Source: Candidatus Poribacteria bacterium
GTDB lineage: Bacteria; Poribacteria; WGA-4E; PCPOR2b
Length of the DNA stretch: 64,000 nt
Reading direction: 5' to 3'
Assembly: GCA_965215015.1 (NCBI GenBank)
Contig: OZ244042.1
Location: 5,063,354 to 5,127,353 of the forward strand
The notes under the pieces were generated by a model. It was not told the origin of the DNA and ran no database searches. It was given only the letters and a program-made list of their open reading frames with translations. Positions 9,535 to 18,739 of the stretch are shown here, in pieces (the first letter of the stretch is position 1; the number at the start of each line of letters is the position of its first letter). The translations under genes were made by a program, and so were the position numbers.

Positions 9535-10092
9535 ATGGAAAAATTACAAAATCCCATCCCTATTTACACCATCGGCTACGGCAGCCGTTCGATCGAACAG
9601 TTTATCGAAGTGCTACAACAGCATAAAATTGCCTACCTTATTGACGTGCGTTCAACTCCCTATTCTCGCTACAAACCTGAATTTTCCAGAGAGGCACTAG
9701 CGGCGGAGCTACAACGACACCGGATTCGGTATGTGTTCATGGGAGCCACACTGGGCGGGCAGCCCGATAACGAAGATTGTTATGATGAGAACGGACAGGT
9801 AGACTACCAAAAAGTGAAGGATACCAAAAACTACCAGAGGGGGATTGAACGTCTCCAAACGGCTTTTGATCAGCAACAATGCGTGGCTCTCATGTGTAGC
9901 GAGGGCAAGCCGGAGCAGTGTCATCGGAGCAAACTCATCGGAGCATCGCTCGATGAACAGGACATCTCCTTGATTCACATTGACGAAAACGATGAACAGC
10001 AGACACAGGAGAAAGTCATTGACAGACTAACGGGAGGACAACTGCGGCTGTTTGGTGAAGACACATTCCACTCGCGCAAGCAGTACCGGTAA
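9535..10092 (+). CDS. DUF488 family protein
   Basis: IYTIGYGSRSIEQFIEVLQQHKIAYLIDVRSTPYSRYKPEFS..YVFMGATLGG matches the DUF488 (PF04343) signature: YTIGhs, DVRxxPxSR, LGG. Confidence 0.7.
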   Translation: MEKLQNPIPIYTIGYGSRSIEQFIEVLQQHKIAYLIDVRSTPYSRYKPEFSREALAAELQRHRIRYVFMGATLGGQPDNEDCYDENGQVDYQKVKDTKNYQRGIERLQTAFDQQQCVALMCSEGKPEQCHRSKLIGASLDEQDISLIHIDENDEQQTQEKVIDRLTGGQLRLFGEDTFHSRKQYR

Positions 10093-10098
10093 TTTGCC

Positions 10099-10587
10099 AT
10101 GAAACCTAAAATTGTCACCATCGGCGTATACGGGTTTGATGAAGATAGTTTCTTTGCCGCTTTATGCAAGGCAAAGGTGGATACCTTCTGTGATATTCGC
10201 AACCGGCGGGGTGTGCGGGGTTCAACCTATGCGTTCGCTAACAGCCTGCGTTTGCAAGGACGGCTCGCAGAACTCGGTATCCGCTACATCTATCGCAAGG
10301 ACCTCGCACCCACCAAAGCGGTTCGGGATAGGCAAGCGGCAGCGGATAAAGCGACGAAAACCGCCAAACGCAAACGCACAGCATTAGGAGAGGCGTTTAT
10401 TACGGCGTACCACACCGAATGCCTCGCAATGTTTGACTCACACAATCTACTAGAAGACCTTGAAGAGGGCACACAGGTTGTAGCTCTCTTTTGTGTTGAA
10501 AAAGATCCCGAGGCGTGCCACCGCTCGCTGGTAGCAGATAAACTAGCAAAAGAACTGAAACTGGAAGTGGAGAATATTGTGCCATGA
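10099..10587 (+). CDS. DUF488 family protein (paralog)
   Basis: IVTIGVYGFDEDSFFAALCKAKVDTFCDIRNRRGVRGSTYAFAN..., same fold signature; 6-bp gap from previous gene; stop overlaps the recQ ATG (ATGA). Confidence 0.65.
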   Translation: MKPKIVTIGVYGFDEDSFFAALCKAKVDTFCDIRNRRGVRGSTYAFANSLRLQGRLAELGIRYIYRKDLAPTKAVRDRQAAADKATKTAKRKRTALGEAFITAYHTECLAMFDSHNLLEDLEEGTQVVALFCVEKDPEACHRSLVADKLAKELKLEVENIVP

Positions 10588-13085
10588 AAGTCCTGATTGT
10601 CGCCAAAACCCGACTGGGCAGCGGCGTGTGTATAGGCGCAATTACAGAAGAGGGTGAAAGTGTGCGGCTCATCCCGTTCAACGAAGATTCGCATGACAGA
10701 GCGAATCGAGAATACGAGATTGGAGATGTTTGGGAGATTGCCTCGAGACCAGAGACGTCTCTGATCCCGCCCCATAACGAAGACATTAGGGTTCGTGAAA
10801 AGCGGTATCTTTACCTCGCAAGCGCGAGCGAGTTGGAAGGGGCTATTGAACGCTTCATGCCGCCGAAAATCGGGGGGCCAACCGTGCTTTATGAGGGCTT
10901 GTTGCAATCGACAGGAAGTGGTGCCCTCTACATTGCCAAGCAGAATGATATCCCACCGTACAGCACGACGTTTTGGCGACCGGATCAGCCGCTCAGTCGT
11001 GATACGGAAGGAAAGCGCGTGCGGTATCGCTATCCTACCAACAATGGCGGTTCTACACTGACCTTCGTTGGTTTCCAAGAACCGCTTGAAGTCATTCCCG
11101 CAGGCACACTCATGCGTGTCTCTCTAGCACGTTGGTGGCGACCAGAAGATACGCCAGATGCAGAGGGATGCTGTTACGCACAACTTTCTGGCTGGTTTCT
11201 CGCAGAAGAACCTAAACGTCCCATTGAAGTGGAATCTCCTCGACCTCAAACGCCGCTTCAAACGCCCTTAGAAATTCTCAAAAATGTTTTTGGGCATGAG
11301 GCGTTCCGACCATTACAGGAGCAAATCATCAACCATATCTTCAACCGGCACGATGCGTTGATTGTTCTGCCGACGGGGGGGGGTAAGTCGCTTTGCTACC
11401 AGCTCCCTGCCCTTATCTTCGAGGGCGTAACCGTTGTTGTATCACCGCTGATTTCGCTTATGCAGGATCAGGTAATGCAGTTACAACAGAGGGGTATTCA
11501 TGCCGCTTTTCTCAACAGCACTCTCAGCCATCCAGAATATATTGCTACGATGCAACGTGTCAGACAGCGGGAAGTCAAGCTACTTTACGTTGCTCCTGAA
11601 ACGCTCATGCGACCTGAAATTTTGTTGATGCTTGATGAATCAAATGTGGCATGTCTGGCGATTGATGAAGCTCACTGTATTTCACAGTGGGGGCACGATT
11701 TTCGTCCAGAGTATCGACAACTGGTTTCCATTCGTGAACGATTCAGGAACGCTGTCTGTGTTGCACTCACAGCTACTGCTACACAGCGAGTTCGACAGGA
11801 CATCAAACAATCGCTCACAATTCAAGAGGGAAATGAGTTTATTGCCAGCTTTAACAGAGAAAATCTCTTCATCGCCGTTGAACCGAAGGTTGATTTGTCT
11901 AAGCAAACGCTGGAGTTTCTCAATGCCCACCGTCATGAATCGGGCATCATCTACTGTCAAACGAAGAGGCGGGTTGAATCCTTGTCTCGTGAACTAGTTG
12001 AACAGGGAATTTCGGCACTCCCCTATCACGCAGACTTGGATAGCGAAACGCGCAAGCAGAATCAGGATGCCTTTATCAACGGTGATACTCAGGTAGTAGT
12101 GGCAACAATTGCCTTCGGTATGGGGATTGATAAAGAGGATGTGCGCTTCGTGCTACATGCGGGTTTGCCAAAGGAACCTGAATCTTACTATCAGGAGATT
12201 GGGCGTGCCGGACGAGACGGAAATCAGGCAGAGTGTCTATTACTTTTTAGCTATGGCGATGTAAACACCATCCACCATTTCATCGATCAGGGCGCGCCCT
12301 CTGAGCAAGAAGGGCGATTGAAACGCTTGCAGACGCTTGTTAATTGGGCAACTTCTACAGCGTGCCGCCGCAAAGGGGTACTGGCTTATTTTGGAGAGCA
12401 ATACGAGAATCACAATTGTGGGATGTGTGATAACTGCTGCCAAGCGGAAATGGACCGGGTTGATTTGACGATACCCGCTCAAAAATTTCTATCATGTGTT
12501 GTTAGGACGGGTCAGATTTTTGGGGAAGTGTATATTATCGATGTCTTGCGCGGATCAAAAGCGCAAAAGGTTATTAAGAACGGTGCCGATAAACTCTCCG
12601 TCTACGGCATCGGTACGGAGTACAGCAAAGAACAGTGGAAACGTCTGGCGTTACAATTTCTCCAATATGGTCTTCTTAATCGAGATTCACAACATGGGAG
12701 CCTGCGTTTGACGCAGAGAGGATGGGCAGTACTCAAAAGTAAAGAACAGTTCCAAGGGGTTCCGGTGAATTCGGTAAACCACATGGCTGAAGAACCGAAT
12801 ACTTATGAAAAGACCGCCGAAAAATCAAACGAATACAACCATGAACTTTTCGAGCAACTTCGCGCGACCCGCAGAGAGTTAGCAGATGCTGAACATGTCC
12901 CGCCATACATTGTTTTCCAAGACAGGCCGTTACGAGAGATGGCTGCCCAATTACCACAATCGGTGGAAGCATTCATACAGATTCACGGCGTCGGTGCTGC
13001 GAAAGTTGAGAAATACGCCGATGTTTTTTTGCCTATCATTCGCGCCTATTGCCAAGAACACGGATTGATGGACGGGAATCGGTAA
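10584..13085 (+). CDS. recQ: ATP-dependent DNA helicase RecQ with ~200-aa uncharacterized N-terminal extension
   Basis: FGHEAFRPLQEQIINHIFNRHDALIVLPTGGGKSLCYQLPAL (helicase motifs 0/I); DEAHCISQWGHDFRPEY (DEAH motif II); Zn-binding C-x-C-x2-C region (CGMCDNCC); RQC and C-terminal HRDC domain (HVPPYIVFQDRPLREMAAQLP...IHGVGAAKVEKY). Residues 1-~210 have no recognisable family. Alternative internal start (M178, ~11115) lacks an RBS. Confidence 0.85.
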   Translation: MKVLIVAKTRLGSGVCIGAITEEGESVRLIPFNEDSHDRANREYEIGDVWEIASRPETSLIPPHNEDIRVREKRYLYLASASELEGAIERFMPPKIGGPTVLYEGLLQSTGSGALYIAKQNDIPPYSTTFWRPDQPLSRDTEGKRVRYRYPTNNGGSTLTFVGFQEPLEVIPAGTLMRVSLARWWRPEDTPDAEGCCYAQLSGWFLAEEPKRPIEVESPRPQTPLQTPLEILKNVFGHEAFRPLQEQIINHIFNRHDALIVLPTGGGKSLCYQLPALIFEGVTVVVSPLISLMQDQVMQLQQRGIHAAFLNSTLSHPEYIATMQRVRQREVKLLYVAPETLMRPEILLMLDESNVACLAIDEAHCISQWGHDFRPEYRQLVSIRERFRNAVCVALTATATQRVRQDIKQSLTIQEGNEFIASFNRENLFIAVEPKVDLSKQTLEFLNAHRHESGIIYCQTKRRVESLSRELVEQGISALPYHADLDSETRKQNQDAFINGDTQVVVATIAFGMGIDKEDVRFVLHAGLPKEPESYYQEIGRAGRDGNQAECLLLFSYGDVNTIHHFIDQGAPSEQEGRLKRLQTLVNWATSTACRRKGVLAYFGEQYENHNCGMCDNCCQAEMDRVDLTIPAQKFLSCVVRTGQIFGEVYIIDVLRGSKAQKVIKNGADKLSVYGIGTEYSKEQWKRLALQFLQYGLLNRDSQHGSLRLTQRGWAVLKSKEQFQGVPVNSVNHMAEEPNTYEKTAEKSNEYNHELFEQLRATRRELADAEHVPPYIVFQDRPLREMAAQLPQSVEAFIQIHGVGAAKVEKYADVFLPIIRAYCQEHGLMDGNR

Positions 13086-13420
13086 GAGATGCTAGTGGTC
13101 ACCAACGGAAAGCGGAAATGCTTTAGTGCCTTCCATGCTGCATCGGCTTGCCGGAACGTAAGGAAAGTGTGCATCAGTCGATATCCGTCCTTTCGGATTG
13201 GGCAAGCCGGAGGTAATCGTCGGTTCGGCCGGATTGAAAATACAGCTCAAGCAGGAGCCTAACAAGTGTAGTGAGTAGAGGTTCAAGAGAGAATGCTGTC
13301 CGGAGCGTGAATGTAGGTCAACAGGGGCGAGGCAGGCAATATGTTTACAATCTCCTCCCCAGTCGTATGGGCAAGAACAGCGGTAGCGTCCGAAGTGGAC
13401 GTTTTGGGAACATGACGTGT

Positions 13421-14515
13421 TCACTCCCAACCGAAGGTAGTGCGTACGTATTGATGAGATGCCTGCCGGAGACCATACCACCTATCCTTTCCCCAAATTT
13501 CTAGGGGCAGGCTTGAATGCCCTGTGTCTTCCTTCAATTCCGCTTGGATAAGCCGCTGGGCTTCTCGCGAAGCACCACACAGCACAATAGCCCGTGCTTC
13601 AATACCACCGAGTTGCCTCATCCGTAAAATAGCCTCCATCCCTTTTTGTTTCACCACGGCATGTTCATAAGCAAGGGTGCACGAAATGACAACAATTTCG
13701 TACCCCAGTACTGCAACCACGTCAAGTTCAAAAGGTTTAACGCTTGCGTCTGTCGCGCCGGCTCGCCGCACAAACACCCTGTGGAAAAGTTTATAGTTCT
13801 GTCGATCTGGGCTCCGCCGAGAAATATCTGTCAAGGCATACTGAAAAGCGTCATACGCACCGTATTCAAAAAAGTTGGGGGTGAGAGTCCAATCGTTCCT
13901 CAGGGCCGCAAAACCTTTAGCCAACTGTTGTTCGCTGAGGGTTCCGGGGGCCGGGCAGTCTTTCGTCTGATTGTTACCCGAATCATCCCAGTATTCGTAA
14001 GAAAACGGACCGATTTCAAAGCCGTTGAGTTCGGCAATGCGACGCAGACATGGCTCGACTCCCTTCCGGGTATCTGAGACTAAGGCATTTCCCGCCCGGT
14101 CCATGAGGGCCGCGCCTGAGTCAGCCCGTGCATCTAGATAGGAGGTTTCTAAGTCAATAGTTGTCGATAAAGCGGCTTTAACAACTTCTGCAGCTGCAAC
14201 AGTTTCAACGCACATTACCTTGGTGCCGCCGGTGTAGTGCACATGAATGCGATTGGTATTGGCAGGTAGGTTGTTCTTGAGATTCCGTGTAATGTCGTCG
14301 CGTACAGTGGATGGGTTCCCAGACACCGTTTCAACAGCATCAATAGAAAACGCGTTGCGGCAATACTGCAGCAACCGGTCCCGCTCCGCCTTTGTTTCCT
14401 CCGTATGCACAAGTCGTACATGAATTGGATGGGGCAGGTTATCTTTCAAATGATGCAGTGCCACCCAGACAGGTAGCGGATTGGTTCCAACGGTAAGAAT
14501 AAGGAGTGTTCCCAT
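13421..14515 (-). CDS. CARF-domain protein, possible Can2/Card1-like (DUF1887-like) cOA-activated nuclease
   Basis: N-terminus LLILTVGTNPLPVWVAL...HVHYTGGTKVMCV is a Rossmann-like CARF-type pattern. C-terminal region FELDVVAVLGYEIVVISCT...YEHAVVKQK is suggestive of a restriction-endonuclease-like fold with imperfect (D/E)xK. ATG at 14515 preceded by GGAG. Adjacent to csx1 at the end of the cmr operon. Confidence 0.4.
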   Translation of the reverse strand: MGTLLILTVGTNPLPVWVALHHLKDNLPHPIHVRLVHTEETKAERDRLLQYCRNAFSIDAVETVSGNPSTVRDDITRNLKNNLPANTNRIHVHYTGGTKVMCVETVAAAEVVKAALSTTIDLETSYLDARADSGAALMDRAGNALVSDTRKGVEPCLRRIAELNGFEIGPFSYEYWDDSGNNQTKDCPAPGTLSEQQLAKGFAALRNDWTLTPNFFEYGAYDAFQYALTDISRRSPDRQNYKLFHRVFVRRAGATDASVKPFELDVVAVLGYEIVVISCTLAYEHAVVKQKGMEAILRMRQLGGIEARAIVLCGASREAQRLIQAELKEDTGHSSLPLEIWGKDRWYGLRQASHQYVRTTFGWE

Positions 14516-14685
14516 AACGGCAGTTTCTCCGTTTTTTTTCAAGACGGTCAACAAATGCTTGCCGGCCGCGGAAAATGTTGCTTTTGTATTGCGGCATCTT
14601 TAGAGGTTCTTGGGTGGTTTAGGTGAAGGGTAACGAGCGAAGCGGAAGTTTCGGAACATAGGAGGAGTTAGGGTTTTATTTTTTT

Positions 14686-15945
14686 CTATGTCAATGTCCT
14701 ACCAACGAGCCTGTCAAGATCTGTCAGAATACCTTGGACCTCGCAAATATCTGCTTTTGCCGAACTTTTAATTGACCGACCTCGCAGATTCCGGATTGGC
14801 ATTCCGCAATGAGCGAGTTCATTTCTCAGATTTCTCGCCCGCTCCCACAACTGTAGACACCAACTCCTTTCTGGAAAATTCCCACCCCCTAAAATAGCAA
14901 AAGGATTACCTTCTGATTTGGCATTGACCCAAAGATTGAGGTCCTTTTCAGTCTTTTCACGATCACTACTCTTCAACCAATCACGTTCAAGTTGAACGCA
15001 AGTCCATGAAATGAGCCATTCCCGGGTTAAGGTAACGGCTTGTAGATATTGTTGATTCTCAGCGTACCATTGAATCTGTTTGTGCTGCTTCCGGAGACTT
15101 TCACAGTCATTGTTTGGATACGTCGGATTCTGAAGGGCAAGCGGTTGGTAGGAGGCTTGGATTTGTTCGATAAGTGTATAGAAAGGTTGAACCCAGGTCG
15201 CAACATTACTTTCCGCTCCAGCAAGAGAATTAGACAAATCTACCGCCGCTTTTTGAACCTCCAACGTTCGATTTGTCATCAACGCTTCTGAGAGTTTTTC
15301 TAATATTCCTGACACCCTCAATAGACCAATTGCTATTCTCTCTTCATGGAGCTGTTTCTGAGTGTTACTCAATAATTCTGCAATCGGGCGAGCATCCCCG
15401 GTCCGTTGGAACATTGTCACAGCTCCAAGCCAGTCAAGCAAGCTGACGAATGGAGTTAGATCAAAGACTGGCTTTTTTGGATTACTTCGTTCTACTGCCT
15501 CATAAGCCCCATAGATGACTCGTTTAATCTCCACGCCACTTTTGACATTACGAACGTAGGCAAGGGCGAGAAATGTCAAAAACGGAAGTGAACGGAAACC
15601 ATGTGTGATATCGAAAAGCACCCTGTCATTATCCTGAATCTTGTCAACAACGATATTGAAGATTTTCCACAGTTCCGTTTCGTCTGCTCCTTCTGGAATT
15701 GAAACAGGAACCACTTCCGTTCGTTTACCCAGTAATTCACTCAGAAATGCCAACCGTCCGGTCGAAATCTTATCTGAAACGGGTTCCTGTGCTGCCAAAT
15801 CGGTAGTGAACATATACAACAATTCTGGCTCGAAAAATTCGACAATCGCTTCAGCAAAAAACCGAGTTTTGCACGACTCCCTTCCTTCAAAGGTGTAGAT
15901 ACTTTCGTAAAGGGGGCCAATTCCTAGGAATGTGAAGGCTTTCAT
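14686..15945 (-). CDS. csx1: CRISPR-associated Csx1 (CARF + HEPN ribonuclease)
   Basis: CARF signature DITHGFRSLPF; HEPN R-x4-H motif RNELAH near C-terminus; ATG at 15945 with AAGGAG 9 nt upstream. Confidence 0.8.
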   Translation of the reverse strand: MKAFTFLGIGPLYESIYTFEGRESCKTRFFAEAIVEFFEPELLYMFTTDLAAQEPVSDKISTGRLAFLSELLGKRTEVVPVSIPEGADETELWKIFNIVVDKIQDNDRVLFDITHGFRSLPFLTFLALAYVRNVKSGVEIKRVIYGAYEAVERSNPKKPVFDLTPFVSLLDWLGAVTMFQRTGDARPIAELLSNTQKQLHEERIAIGLLRVSGILEKLSEALMTNRTLEVQKAAVDLSNSLAGAESNVATWVQPFYTLIEQIQASYQPLALQNPTYPNNDCESLRKQHKQIQWYAENQQYLQAVTLTREWLISWTCVQLERDWLKSSDREKTEKDLNLWVNAKSEGNPFAILGGGNFPERSWCLQLWERARNLRNELAHCGMPIRNLRGRSIKSSAKADICEVQGILTDLDRLVGRTLT

Positions 15946-16043
15946 GCAAGTTGGCTCCTTGAAAACTTCATAATAGTTTCCGTTATCCAAACGCTGAGCT
16001 ATAGAATCACCTTGCCAATTTTTCCTGTTCCATCAACCATTCA

Positions 16044-17339
16044 TTACCTATATTCCCAAAATGTAAGCGTTCCCTCGTCAGCGTTCGGTGTGTAATGAAA
16101 GTGTGATGGAACGACAACCGATTCAAGGTTCCCATCACTTTCTTCGAGTTGATTGGAAATCCCTATCAACTCCTCTTGTACACCCACCAATTCGTCCGAT
16201 GGTAATTTTTTAAGGATTTTGCGAAATGTGGTACTGTAGGTAAGCCGTGGCAGTTCCAAAATTCTTGACGAAATCAGACTCGCTTTTAAATTATCCCAGA
16301 TCCATTTTCCAAAGTCCGATACCATCGCATAATCCTCGACCGGGGTAATCAAGGTTTCGTGGATTCCGGTTAATTGGCTCCGTTCAATAAATTCGTCTCG
16401 TGTCGCAACCTGGGCCAACTGCGCTGCACAATTTTTTACTGATGTAATGTCAATTAACTGTGGGTCGGGATTGGATCTGTTTGGGGAGGAAAACTGTGCA
16501 CAAGCCTCGTCAAGACTAATTTGCTGCGGCTTCTCGGGATCTTCTCTAGGTGGAATCTGAAAATTCTTGTCAAGTCTGAAACTGCGCGAAACTTTATTGC
16601 GAGATGCCCTGCGGAAATACCCGTATCCGACAGCGGTCTTTGCTCCCAAGCCCTTGTCTTTTAATGTTTTGTCAACCCAATCTTGGGTGGTGTCAATCAG
16701 AGCTTGTTCCTTCGCCAAGATCACAAATCGAAAAGCTGTTTGCCCAACAGTCAAAAAGTTAATTGGGATTGGATTCTGCGTATCCGTAGGTAGCTTTGTA
16801 CCTGTGTAGTAATCAGGAAAATGCGGATTCATTATATCAAGCGAAAGAGTTACATTGTCTATCGGATAAGCAGGGAGAAATTGTACATCTCCCGAGGATT
16901 CTTGGCTGCCGAAAACAGAAAGAAAATTACCGTCTTTCATTGCCAAACTTTCCTCGTTACCGAACTTCTCCTGAATTACCCAACTCCGCACAACACCCTT
17001 AAAGGCACTTCCAGGGATATAAGGGATACCGTAGACATGGTCAAGCGTCATGTTAGTTTCCTGAACATGTTCGCCACCAAGCCCGATAATCATCCGCCAA
17101 TCTACCTCGTAGAACTCACAGAAATAGCGGTAACTCTTTATCAGATAATTAAGTTGATTCGTTTGACGATCTCGGAGATGAGCAATCGCCCTCTGTGAAT
17201 CGCCAAGTTCCGTTGATTCAATTGAAAACTTAACTTTTCCATCTTCATAATTCAAGAAATACTGATAACGGAGCGCAAAGTTTGAAATTTGATTTCGATT
17301 AACGAGGTTTCGCGTGTCAGAAGGACAATAAATTTGCAT
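16044..17339 (-). CDS. cmr6: Cmr6 (type III-B RAMP) with ~185-aa C-terminal extension
   Basis: GIPYIPGSAFKGVVRSW (Cmr6 G-x-P-x-IPGSS-x-KG motif) and glycine-rich loop AVGYGYF at ~residue 240; protein continues a further ~185 aa (431 aa total). Confidence 0.8.
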   Translation of the reverse strand: MQIYCPSDTRNLVNRNQISNFALRYQYFLNYEDGKVKFSIESTELGDSQRAIAHLRDRQTNQLNYLIKSYRYFCEFYEVDWRMIIGLGGEHVQETNMTLDHVYGIPYIPGSAFKGVVRSWVIQEKFGNEESLAMKDGNFLSVFGSQESSGDVQFLPAYPIDNVTLSLDIMNPHFPDYYTGTKLPTDTQNPIPINFLTVGQTAFRFVILAKEQALIDTTQDWVDKTLKDKGLGAKTAVGYGYFRRASRNKVSRSFRLDKNFQIPPREDPEKPQQISLDEACAQFSSPNRSNPDPQLIDITSVKNCAAQLAQVATRDEFIERSQLTGIHETLITPVEDYAMVSDFGKWIWDNLKASLISSRILELPRLTYSTTFRKILKKLPSDELVGVQEELIGISNQLEESDGNLESVVVPSHFHYTPNADEGTLTFWEYR

Positions 17340-17737
17340 CAGTTATCCCCCTCCACCTCTTTCATTAGTCCATCAACGAAACGCCGAACCCAATTCAACA
17401 ATGCCAACGTCTCTATCGTAATCCGGCGATATTCGTTGGAGGACTTACGAATGACAACCTCAACGAGTTCGCTATTTTCATCCAATTTAATTAGCTGTTT
17501 GTAGGCTAGCCATTTGCCAATCGTATCATATAATTTTGTGTTTCCGTCATCTCGCTTGTTGATGAATGCCAATGCCTGTCCAAGCCCATTGGTTTTAATT
17601 AGCACTGGCAGTTTTTTCGCACCGGATTTGTACTTTTTCTTTAGATCTCCGTTAGAATTTTGGGCTATCTCCTTAACGCGATCATAAGCGAAGGCCGCAC
17701 GTCCCTGTTCAATGCCTCGGATGCTGTTTTGGTTCAT
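17339..17737 (-). CDS. cmr5: Cmr5 (small subunit, type III-B)
   Basis: ~133-aa predicted alpha-helical protein between cmr4 and cmr6 in canonical order. 1-nt overlap with cmr6 start, 11-nt overlap with cmr4 end. Confidence 0.55.
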   Translation of the reverse strand: MNQNSIRGIEQGRAAFAYDRVKEIAQNSNGDLKKKYKSGAKKLPVLIKTNGLGQALAFINKRDDGNTKLYDTIGKWLAYKQLIKLDENSELVEVVIRKSSNEYRRITIETLALLNWVRRFVDGLMKEVEGDN

Positions 17738-17747
17738 TTCTGCCTCC

Positions 17748-18722
17748 TTAATCTTCGTAAATTTTCGTCCTAACAATCCCTTTACCGATTGTTGCGTTCC
17801 CCCCCAGTTGAATTACATCTGGCAGCCCGTCTTCAAAGAATTCCATCACCTTTTTCGACTCATCGTGCTTCTCCTCTTTCTCCTGATCTGTCAACTGGAA
17901 GATGCCTTTATCGGCACCATTTTCCTGAAAGATGGGTGTGGTTAAGGCGAGCGAGTAAAGAATCGAATCGGAGGGAAGATATTCTTCGTACCACAAAGCA
18001 CCCTCTTGCACAGTTCCGGTTTCTTGGTTAATCTTGATTCGTGCGATGACCTCCGTTGAGAGCGTGACGAAATCGCGAAAATCATCATCACTCAACACAA
18101 CGAGATCTGTCCGCATTTTTTCGCGCCAATAACTGTACTCGTCATCCGCAGGTAGGACCCGTTCTGAGAGCCAATTTGCTAACTCATTTACGGTCTGATT
18201 GGTTTCAACATCAAAGGTGTACTCTTCTAGCACAATCTTTTTATCAGCGACAATAAGATTTGAGTCATCGGGGAGGCAGTTGGTGCTCGTGATGGAGTGT
18301 TGGAAGTCTGTATTACAGATTTGAAGGTCCTGTTTGAACCGCTCAAGCACAGCAGGGCAGGTTATCCACCCAAAGACACCCGCAACTGACTTGACAGGAA
18401 AAAGCAGCAAGCGAGCATCGGTAAATCCTAAGGCCCCTGCGTACAGATCGCCTTGCTCAGGGCCAAACGTTAAACTAATAGCTTCCTTGTAGTTTTCATC
18501 CTTTTCAGAAGTGATGTTCCAGCCGCGTTCAAGCTGTGCCAAATTGGGCTGGGTGCTGAAAACTTCCCGAATCCCACCCTTGATGCCAGATGCCTCGATC
18601 TTGGGATAGTCCGTATGTTTTTCGCGTTGGATCGGCAAATCAACGATGCCGAGATCGCTACCACTTCCCGCGTGCAGTGATGTTTCAACGATTAAAAACA
18701 TAGGCTTTGCGGATTTGAACAT
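17748..18722 (-). CDS. cmr4: Cmr4 (backbone RAMP, type III-B)
   Basis: MFLIVETSLHAGSGSDLGIVDLPIQRE...PKIEASGIKGGIREVF matches the Cmr4 N-terminal RAMP motif; G-rich loop near C-terminus. Start moved to ATG 18722 (AAGGAG 6 nt upstream) rather than the tracker's longer ORF. Confidence 0.8.
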   Translation of the reverse strand: MFKSAKPMFLIVETSLHAGSGSDLGIVDLPIQREKHTDYPKIEASGIKGGIREVFSTQPNLAQLERGWNITSEKDENYKEAISLTFGPEQGDLYAGALGFTDARLLLFPVKSVAGVFGWITCPAVLERFKQDLQICNTDFQHSITSTNCLPDDSNLIVADKKIVLEEYTFDVETNQTVNELANWLSERVLPADDEYSYWREKMRTDLVVLSDDDFRDFVTLSTEVIARIKINQETGTVQEGALWYEEYLPSDSILYSLALTTPIFQENGADKGIFQLTDQEKEEKHDESKKVMEFFEDGLPDVIQLGGNATIGKGIVRTKIYED

Positions 18723-18739
18723 AATGGTCTCCTTCATCA

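Noticed and set aside
10290-11078. 262-aa minus-strand ORF antisense to recQ
   Set aside because: It lies entirely inside the well-supported RecQ coding region on the opposite strand; no motif, shadow ORF typical of GC-biased coding DNA.
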